From a virus (lineage: Duplodnaviria; Caudoviricetes): a stretch of 64,000 nucleotides of DNA. The stretch is taken from the IMG/VR virus record IMGVR_UViG_3300017764_000001; one strand, given 5' to 3'. The translations under genes and the position numbers were made by a program. The number at the start of each line of letters is the position of its first letter. The first letter of the stretch is position 1. The notes under the pieces are model-generated. The model worked only from the letters and a program-made list of their open reading frames with translations, was not told the DNA's origin and searched no databases. Shown here one piece after another: positions 56,853 through 64,000 of this stretch.

Positions 56853-59267
56853 ATGGCAAAATTAAGAGTAGATAAGATTGCAGCACCAATAGTCAAGGAT
56901 GAATTTACTGGGTCAGTTCATTTTGATGGGACTGGGGATTATTTGAGTCTATCAAGTAATACTGATTTTGCAATGGGGACGGGTGATTTCACTGCAGAGT
57001 GCTTCATAAACACCACCAGTTTTAGTAACGCTGAGGGTGCATATAGTGAAAGAGTTTTTGACTCTAACACTGGGCAATTGGGAATTTATGTAACATCAGA
57101 TGGAAGTGGAACAATTGGTGCTTTGGTGGCAGGTACTGATCATAGAGGTACTAGTTCTCCAACATTGAGTGGATGGACGCACGTTGCTTTGACGAGAAGT
57201 GGATCGACTGTTAGAATATTTTTGAATGGAGTTTTAGATAGTTCTTTTACTAACAGTGGAAGTGTTGCATCCTCTGGAGACTTTTTGATAGGTGCAAGAG
57301 CGAGTGGACAGGGTGGATTCTTGGGGTACATCTCCAACTTTCGCATTTGTAAAGGACATGCAGTTTATACTGGAAATTTTACAGTACCAACCAGAGAACT
57401 AGAAGTTCATCTTGGTGCAAAAGGAGTCGTATTCCCTGCAGCAGATAACAGAACTGTTCTCTTAGCCTGCCAATCTTCTACTGATGCAACAGCAGAAGCA
57501 ACAGGAAGACACACAATCACTGTTAATGGTGATCCAACAGCAGCAGATGCAAACCCAGGATTATTCCGTAGAACTAATATATCTTCAACAACCACCGAGA
57601 ACACAGGGGCAGTATATTTTGATGGTAGTGGTGATTATTTGAGCCTTGCAACTAGCACTGATTTTTCTTTCTCTCATGATTTTACAGTTGAAACGTGGGC
57701 ATATCCAACTGATATTTCCTCCAAATATAATGCTATTTTTTCATTAAATGTAAGTGGGGAATGGAACTCGCAAGGCAAGGGTTTTGTATTATCAATTGGA
57801 AATTTACACTATGGCACAGGTTATAATACTGATTATACTACTGGTATTATTCCAATAAACACCTGGACACATCTTGCAGTAACAAGATTAAGTGGTGCCA
57901 TTAAAATTTTTGTTAATGGTGTTTTAGACCAAACAATAAATGACGGCAATTCGGATGATACATTTGCAAATGGAACAGGTAATACACCAGCTATTGGATT
58001 GTTTGATCAACAAGGTGGTACGCCGAGATTTTATTTTACTGGGTACATCTCTAACTTTCGTGTCTGTAAAGGACATGCAGTTTATACATCACAATTCATA
58101 CCACCAACCAGAGAACTAGAAGTCACTCCCGAAACTGTTTTCCTTGGGTTGTATGATGGAGAGAATATTTTTGCAGATAAGACTGAAAGACATATCATTG
58201 CAGCATATGGTGATCGCACAAGTTCTCCAACACCCACAGTAACTGATAGTCCTATTGGTATTACAACAAACTATCCACCAGTCACAAGAAATGTTGATCC
58301 TACTGCTGGCCCAATATTCCAAGGTGGAGCAGGATTTATTTCACAGAACTGGTTGACACTACCAAAGGGAACAACATTACAAAGATCTAGAGGTCGTGGA
58401 CTGTTTGGTGGAGGATATACAACAAGTTATACAAATGTGATAGAGTATATTGAAATTCATACTTTAGGAAATGGTCAAGACTTTGGAGATTTGTCAATTG
58501 GAAAAACCTTTGTTTCTGCTAATTCATCATCAACTCGATGTGTTTTTTCTGGAGGATATGCTCCTTCGGCAAGTAGATCAGAAATTGAATATGTAAACAT
58601 ATCAACATCTGGAAATGTACAGAATTTTGCTACTGCAGTATCAACTCAGCACTCAAGGGCAGCATGTGGTAATAATACACGGGGAATTATTGCATCTGGA
58701 TCATTATCTGATGCGATAGAATACATTACTTTTTCTACTCTTGGACAATCAAATGTTTTTGGAACATATACAATAGGCCAATATAGAGATGCTTCAGGAT
58801 GCTCTTCTCCAACAAGGGGTATTTTTGCCGGGGGATTTACTCCAGCAAACACAAATTCAATACAGTACGTTACTATTTCAACTATCGGAAACACACAAGA
58901 TTTTGGTGATTTATCAAGTGCAAGATATGGTACTGGAGCTACATCATCTGAAACTCGTGGTGTATTTTTTGGAGGAACTGCATTTCCGAGTGCAACTGGA
59001 TCTAATGTGATTGAATATATAACTATCTCTACACTTGGAAACACACAAGATTTTGGTGATTTATCTAGATCGACTTATAGATCACCATGCACTTCAAATG
59101 GAACTAGAGCTGTCATTTATTCTTCTAGTCCTACACCAAATTCTAATGCGATTGAATATGTAAATATTGCATCTCTAGGTAATGCTGCAGATTTTGGAGA
59201 TTCTTTAATATCAGCAAGAGAGTATTCTGATTCTGCAAGTTCTGATTCCCATGGTGGCATCTCATAA
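56853..59267 (+). CDS. Propeller-array protein 6 (two LamG-like domains, half motif, propeller)
   Basis: MAKLRVDKI; MGTGDFTAECFI and HDFTVETWAY; WLTLPKGTTLQR joined to the propeller. Confidence 0.85.
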   Translation: MAKLRVDKIAAPIVKDEFTGSVHFDGTGDYLSLSSNTDFAMGTGDFTAECFINTTSFSNAEGAYSERVFDSNTGQLGIYVTSDGSGTIGALVAGTDHRGTSSPTLSGWTHVALTRSGSTVRIFLNGVLDSSFTNSGSVASSGDFLIGARASGQGGFLGYISNFRICKGHAVYTGNFTVPTRELEVHLGAKGVVFPAADNRTVLLACQSSTDATAEATGRHTITVNGDPTAADANPGLFRRTNISSTTTENTGAVYFDGSGDYLSLATSTDFSFSHDFTVETWAYPTDISSKYNAIFSLNVSGEWNSQGKGFVLSIGNLHYGTGYNTDYTTGIIPINTWTHLAVTRLSGAIKIFVNGVLDQTINDGNSDDTFANGTGNTPAIGLFDQQGGTPRFYFTGYISNFRVCKGHAVYTSQFIPPTRELEVTPETVFLGLYDGENIFADKTERHIIAAYGDRTSSPTPTVTDSPIGITTNYPPVTRNVDPTAGPIFQGGAGFISQNWLTLPKGTTLQRSRGRGLFGGGYTTSYTNVIEYIEIHTLGNGQDFGDLSIGKTFVSANSSSTRCVFSGGYAPSASRSEIEYVNISTSGNVQNFATAVSTQHSRAACGNNTRGIIASGSLSDAIEYITFSTLGQSNVFGTYTIGQYRDASGCSSPTRGIFAGGFTPANTNSIQYVTISTIGNTQDFGDLSSARYGTGATSSETRGVFFGGTAFPSATGSNVIEYITISTLGNTQDFGDLSRSTYRSPCTSNGTRAVIYSSSPTPNSNAIEYVNIASLGNAADFGDSLISAREYSDSASSDSHGGIS

Positions 59268-59288
59268 ATATGGTAGAGGTATAAAGAT

Positions 59289-60299
59289 ATGAGCAATCTT
59301 CCCCCATCAAGAATCCCAAGAGGTGCAATAAGATTTAATACTGATAGTAACAAACCAGAACTCTGGGATGGCTCACAGTGGGCAGAGTTTCAGTTAAGCA
59401 CACCGAATCTTGGTAGGGCAGTTGATACTCAACCTGGTGCTCGTGGCATTTTTGCAGGAGGGTCTCCCACAACTGGAGGAGATACTATTGAATATGTAAA
59501 TATTTCATCAACGGGAGATGCAATTGATTTTGGTAATTTACTTGCCACCAAAAAATATGTGGCAGGATGTTCATCATCAACTCGTGGAATAAGTGCTGGT
59601 GGTGAACCAGGAACAATTGATGTAATTGAATTTGTTACGATTGCATCAACAGGAGATGCAGTTGATTTTGGTAATTTAAATAATGGTACTACATATATCA
59701 GTGGATGTAGCAGCGAAACAAGAGGAATATTTGCTGGAGGAAAACAACCGGGATTCACAAACCAGATTCAATATATAACAATCGCATCAACAGGTAATGC
59801 AAATGATTTTGGTGATTTGACTCAAGCGAGGGGCAATATTGGTGCTGTTTCTAGTCCTATGAGAGGTGTATTCCAGGGTGGATACACACCAACTAGACAG
59901 AATACAATTGATTTTATTACTATTGCAACAATTGGAAATGCACAGGACTTTGGTGATTTGACTGGATCAAATGGCAATAATGGTGGAAATCAATCGGGGA
60001 GCACCACCAGAGGTTTCTTTGTGGGTGGTCAACCAGAAACAAATCAAATACAGTATATTACAATTCCAACAGGAGGAAATTCTGTTTTCTTTGGAGAGAG
60101 GACTATCTCCAAAGAATATTCTAATTGCACTTCTAACAAAATTAGACTTGTTGCTGGTGGAGGACAAACACCGGGTACTACAAATACAATTGAGTATTTT
60201 ATAATATCAACAGAAGGTAATGCAGTAGATTTCGGAGATTTAAATACTGATCAACATCTTTCTGGATCTTGTTTTTCTAATGCTCACGGAGGTCTATAA
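59289..60299 (+). CDS. Propeller-array protein 7 (small; second half motif + propeller)
   Basis: IPRGAIRFNTDSNKPELWDGSQW; six repeats; ends SNAHGGL. Confidence 0.85.
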   Translation: MSNLPPSRIPRGAIRFNTDSNKPELWDGSQWAEFQLSTPNLGRAVDTQPGARGIFAGGSPTTGGDTIEYVNISSTGDAIDFGNLLATKKYVAGCSSSTRGISAGGEPGTIDVIEFVTIASTGDAVDFGNLNNGTTYISGCSSETRGIFAGGKQPGFTNQIQYITIASTGNANDFGDLTQARGNIGAVSSPMRGVFQGGYTPTRQNTIDFITIATIGNAQDFGDLTGSNGNNGGNQSGSTTRGFFVGGQPETNQIQYITIPTGGNSVFFGERTISKEYSNCTSNKIRLVAGGGQTPGTTNTIEYFIISTEGNAVDFGDLNTDQHLSGSCFSNAHGGL

Positions 60300-62488
60300 T
60301 GGGAATATTACGCACCGATAAAGTTTCAGGGTTAGAGAAGGAGAAAAGACAGAATCCAAACTTAGTCGTTAATGGTGACTTTAGTGATTCTTCAATTGCC
60401 GGTTGGACTGCATATAATGCCGTTGCAAGTTATGATAGTGGTGCCGGTGGAAGAATTAAAGTTGATGATAGTGCATCAGCAGGTGGATGGAGTAATGCTG
60501 CCTATGTAATCAATACAGAACCCGGAGCATCATATAGATTTGAAGTTAGAGCTTCGGCAACTGATAGTGATACTCAATTTGTTGGATATTATCAAGGAAC
60601 TTATGATACTGCCGGGACTGCACCAACGGTTTATTCATCAGAAATCACCGTTAATCCCTCTGTTCATTATTTTGATCTTATAGCAACGGGTAGCACTGTT
60701 ACCCTATTGTTGATTGCCAATGGTTCTGGAGTTGTATATTTTGATGATATTTCATTCAGAAAGACTGATGGAAACTCAATCGGAGGATCTGTTCATTTTG
60801 ATGGTAATGATCATTTATCTATTGGTAATTCAGGAGATTTTAATTTTCTTCACAACGGTGCAACTGATTGGACTGCAGAATTCTGGGCAAAAATGCCCAG
60901 TGTAACTCGGGGGCAAGTTTTCGGCACCGGAGCAAGTAGTGCTCAAACAGGGTTTAGTCTCACTCTTATGTCTGCTGCTGATAATCAAAGTGATGAACCA
61001 GGTGTTTTTGCGATGTTTGGTAGAGGGGCAGCAGGAAACTATAGATATTGGGGAGTAAGTAATGGTCTTTCAATAAATACATGGCATCATATTGCGGCAG
61101 TATTTAAGTCCAGTGATAAGACATTAGCATTGTATATCGATGGAAGAGAAGTAGATAACGATAGTGGAACGGAAAATGGAACTTTTGGTAGTGGAAATTA
61201 TTCAACCTCTAATAGTTCATATGCATTTATAGTTGGAAAAAATACACATTCTAGTACATTTTTCAAGGGTTACATATCTAATTTGAGGGTTGTTGCTGGA
61301 CGTAGACTTTACACATCAGATTTTACACCACCAGTTCATGCACTAGAACCAATTAATGGAACTAGAATTCTTTGTTGTAATAATCCGGATTCTGTTACTG
61401 CCGTGGATAGTGCTTTGATTGGAACTGCTCATATCAACACATCCTCCGGAAATCCACAAAATTCCACAAAAAATCCAGGTTTTACCAGAGACTTCACATA
61501 CGGCACAGAGTTTAGGGGTGTCACAACATTTGATACGCAAGGATATTTTGTTCCACCATCAGGTACGACAGAACAAAGAGGCAGAGGTCGTGGATTTTTT
61601 GCAGGGGGAGGAACTACCCCTAATTACACAAATGCAATTGATTTTATTACAATTTCATCTAGTGGAAATGCACAAGATTTTGGTGATTTGACACAAGAAA
61701 AACAATCTCTTGGTGGGACAGCAAATTCTACAAGAGGTATATTTGCAAGTGGATATAATACTCCAGTATTTCCTGCTACTGGTAATAATACTGATAGAAT
61801 AGAATATATAACAACTGCAACAACAGGAAACGCACTAGATTTTGGTAATTTAGATTCCGCAATAAGATATGCTTCTTGTGCCGCTAATTCAACAAGAGGT
61901 TTAATTGCTGGAGGATACTATCCATCTTATATTGATAGAATTGAATATATTACTATCGCATCTCTAGGAGATGCACAAACTTTTGGCACATTGACTGCAT
62001 CTGCCACCGCAACTGATAAAGCAGGTTTATCTTCTCCAACTAGAGCACTATTTGCTGGGGGAGAAAATGGTAGTGGTAATATGACTCTCACAGATTATGT
62101 GACTATTGCATCAACTGGCAATGCTCAAGATTTTGGTGACTTGACAGCAGCACGTAGAAGAGCAGCATCGGCATCAAGTGGAACTAGAGGATTAGTTGCC
62201 AATGGTTACAATGGATCTGCATATGTAAATACCATCGATTATGTGACCATTGCATCAACAGGAAATGCACAAGACTTTGGTGATACATCACAATCTAGAA
62301 GTTCTTCAAAAGGACAAGTTTCCTCAACAATCAGAGGAGTTTTTGGTAGTGGAGCAACGCCAAATCTTACAAATACCATCGATTATGTGACCATTGCATC
62401 AACTGGTAATGCATCAGATTTTGGTGATACAAATGGATCTCTTTTTGAGCAAGCAGGTTGTTCAGATTCCCATGGTGGTCTCTCATAA
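60299..62488 (+). CDS. Propeller-array protein 8 (CBM-like + LamG-like, half motif, propeller)
   Basis: MGILRTDKV; NLVVNGDFS...YFDDISF; DWTAEFW...WHHIAAV; YFVPPSGTTEQR joined to the propeller. Confidence 0.85.
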   Translation: MGILRTDKVSGLEKEKRQNPNLVVNGDFSDSSIAGWTAYNAVASYDSGAGGRIKVDDSASAGGWSNAAYVINTEPGASYRFEVRASATDSDTQFVGYYQGTYDTAGTAPTVYSSEITVNPSVHYFDLIATGSTVTLLLIANGSGVVYFDDISFRKTDGNSIGGSVHFDGNDHLSIGNSGDFNFLHNGATDWTAEFWAKMPSVTRGQVFGTGASSAQTGFSLTLMSAADNQSDEPGVFAMFGRGAAGNYRYWGVSNGLSINTWHHIAAVFKSSDKTLALYIDGREVDNDSGTENGTFGSGNYSTSNSSYAFIVGKNTHSSTFFKGYISNLRVVAGRRLYTSDFTPPVHALEPINGTRILCCNNPDSVTAVDSALIGTAHINTSSGNPQNSTKNPGFTRDFTYGTEFRGVTTFDTQGYFVPPSGTTEQRGRGRGFFAGGGTTPNYTNAIDFITISSSGNAQDFGDLTQEKQSLGGTANSTRGIFASGYNTPVFPATGNNTDRIEYITTATTGNALDFGNLDSAIRYASCAANSTRGLIAGGYYPSYIDRIEYITIASLGDAQTFGTLTASATATDKAGLSSPTRALFAGGENGSGNMTLTDYVTIASTGNAQDFGDLTAARRRAASASSGTRGLVANGYNGSAYVNTIDYVTIASTGNAQDFGDTSQSRSSSKGQVSSTIRGVFGSGATPNLTNTIDYVTIASTGNASDFGDTNGSLFEQAGCSDSHGGLS

Positions 62489-62509
62489 ATATGGTAGAGG
62501 TATAAAGAT

Positions 62510-63535
62510 ATGAGTCTCCCCCCATCAGAAGTGCCACAAGGTGCAATCAGATTTAATACCGACTCCCAGAGGTTAGAGTTTTATGCTCAGGGGGAATGGT
62601 GGATTATGTCTACTGATACTCCTAATCTTGGAACGAGTGCTGACTCAACTCCTGGTGCTCGTGGATTATTTGGTGGTGGTCACGGACCTTCACCAACTAA
62701 CGAAGTTAACGAAATAGAATATATCAACATTGCATCAACAGGTAATTCGGTAGACTTTGGTGATCTTCAACAAACAAGACAGGCACTTAGTTCTCTTGGA
62801 TCATCTACAAGAGGATTTTGGGTAGGAGGAAGAGATGCGCCAGCTAATTTTGATATTATAGAGTTTGTAACTTTTAGTTCATTAGGAGATAATACAGATT
62901 TTGGTAATCTTTCTTCTGCAAAACAAGGACCTTTTGGACTTTCAAATGCTACTCGTGGAATATCTGGTGGTGGTAGTTTTACTAACACTGTTGATTATTT
63001 TACCATGGCATCAACAGGAACTGTAGCAACATTTGGTACTCTCCAACCAACTGGAAAAGGAACTTATCAATCAGCATGTATGACTCCTGTAAGGGGTGTT
63101 TATCAACAATCTTTGGGTGCAAACCCATATCCAGGAAATACATATTTGGGTGGTTGCATCATTGCATCACTAGGAGATTTTCAGGATTTTGGTGAGTTAT
63201 CACAACAAAGAGCAAATTCTGCTAGTCTCTCAAATGCTACTCGTGGAATATTTGCTGGTGGATATCAACCACTCACATCCTCAATTGAATATATGGAAAT
63301 TTCGTCCGGAGGAAAGGCATCAAAATTTGGTGATTTAAGTAATAACAGAAAAGAATTAAATGGAAATTGTACATCCCCAACTCGTGGAGTCATAGCTGGT
63401 GGATTAGCAGATTCACATTTTAATCTTATTGAGTATGTTAATATTCAAACACAGGGCGATGCAGTGGATTTTGGTGATTTGCTTAATCCAAGAATGTATA
63501 AGTCAGGAATATCTAATGCACACGGAGGGTTGTAA
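62510..63535 (+). CDS. Propeller-array protein 9 (small; second half motif + propeller)
   Basis: VPQGAIRFNTDSQRLEFYAQGEW; six repeats; ends SNAHGGL. Confidence 0.85.
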   Translation: MSLPPSEVPQGAIRFNTDSQRLEFYAQGEWWIMSTDTPNLGTSADSTPGARGLFGGGHGPSPTNEVNEIEYINIASTGNSVDFGDLQQTRQALSSLGSSTRGFWVGGRDAPANFDIIEFVTFSSLGDNTDFGNLSSAKQGPFGLSNATRGISGGGSFTNTVDYFTMASTGTVATFGTLQPTGKGTYQSACMTPVRGVYQQSLGANPYPGNTYLGGCIIASLGDFQDFGELSQQRANSASLSNATRGIFAGGYQPLTSSIEYMEISSGGKASKFGDLSNNRKELNGNCTSPTRGVIAGGLADSHFNLIEYVNIQTQGDAVDFGDLLNPRMYKSGISNAHGGL

Positions 63536-63594
63536 AAACCCACATATTATACTATACTAAATACGGTAGTTATTACACTATAGATTGACCTGAT

Positions 63595-64000
63595 ATGACT
63601 GAGAAAAGTTCTGCTATTACTTCGGTAGATATTACACCAGGTTCAGAAATTTCTGTCACAACGCTTAAGAGTGATCTTGCACAGCTAGCAAGTGGTCCTC
63701 TGCCGCAGGAATACAAAGGAATGTTGACTCATATCGAGGAAACACTGCCTTCTACTAAAGCAGCATGTGACAACTTCTATAAGTCTCACTCACAGATGAT
63801 GACTGTGACTTTGGATATCACTGACCTGACACCTATTCGTAGTATTAAACATACTCTTGCCGCGATTGAAAGAACAAAGAGTGCCCTTGCAGAGGCACAA
63901 ATCAATCGTCGTAAGAATGAAATCAAAATTAAGAAAAAGCAACGTGAGATCGATGCCGCCGAAGATGATCTTGATCGTGAAGAACTTGAGATCGAGATGA
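63595..64000 (+). CDS. Hypothetical coiled-coil protein (partial, runs off the window)
   Basis: CTAAATA at 63557; MTEKSSAITSVD...NFYKSHSQMMTVTLDITDLTPIRSIKHTLAAIE...; not in the track because it has no stop in the window. Confidence 0.75.
   Translation, partial: MTEKSSAITSVDITPGSEISVTTLKSDLAQLASGPLPQEYKGMLTHIEETLPSTKAACDNFYKSHSQMMTVTLDITDLTPIRSIKHTLAAIERTKSALAEAQINRRKNEIKIKKKQREIDAAEDDLDREELEIEM

Larger units (their letters stand above)
59260..62514 (+). repeat. 34-nt exact direct repeat at two gene junctions (59260-59293 and 62481-62514)
   Basis: TCTCATAAATATGGTAGAGGTATAAAGATATGAG in both places; contains the stop codon, ATAAATA, the SD and the next ATG. Confidence 0.95.

Noticed and set aside
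36862-62988. Many minus-strand ORFs of 60-220 aa opposite the fibre and propeller genes
   Set aside because: They are antisense shadows of repetitive, codon-biased plus-strand genes (repeating SSVxPSTSKSPLAS or KSPKS patterns) with no promoters or SD sequences.
47534-63535. Diversity-generating retroelement driving propeller variation
   Set aside because: No reverse transcriptase in the window, and no template/variable repeat pair differing only at adenines. The paralogues differ at all base types and the exact repeats lie at gene junctions.
1-64000. Stop-codon reassignment or integrase/transposon
   Set aside because: Known genes translate full length with the standard code, there is no suppressor tRNA, and I found no recombinase or transposase motifs.

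Overview
64-kb window of an AT-rich T4-like marine cyanomyovirus genome (Kyanoviridae-type, probably a Synechococcus phage). 1-14 kb holds photosynthesis/carbon auxiliary metabolic genes (petE, petF, PTOX, gnd, zwf, talC), many small cyanophage hypotheticals, five tRNAs and several structured non-coding RNAs. 14.2-27.9 kb is a 14-gene nucleotide-sugar/glycosyltransferase island (GME-like epimerase, gmd, fcl, two GT11, GT6, two GT25-like, STELLO-like, DegT, O-methyltransferase). 28-34 kb holds two hli genes, psbA, psbD, purM and an HNH nuclease. 34-47.5 kb holds three very large repeat-rich fibre/structural genes. 47.5-63.5 kb is a tandem array of nine paralogues that each end in a six-repeat, Kelch-like beta-propeller. 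The most striking signal is in this array. The fibre 'knuckle' motif that is intact in the first three paralogues is split in the last six: each large lectin-bearing gene carries only the first half and the small gene after it starts with only the second half. Late-promoter motifs and exact DNA repeats sit at the gene junctions. All assignments come from motif recognition by eye; no database searches were run.
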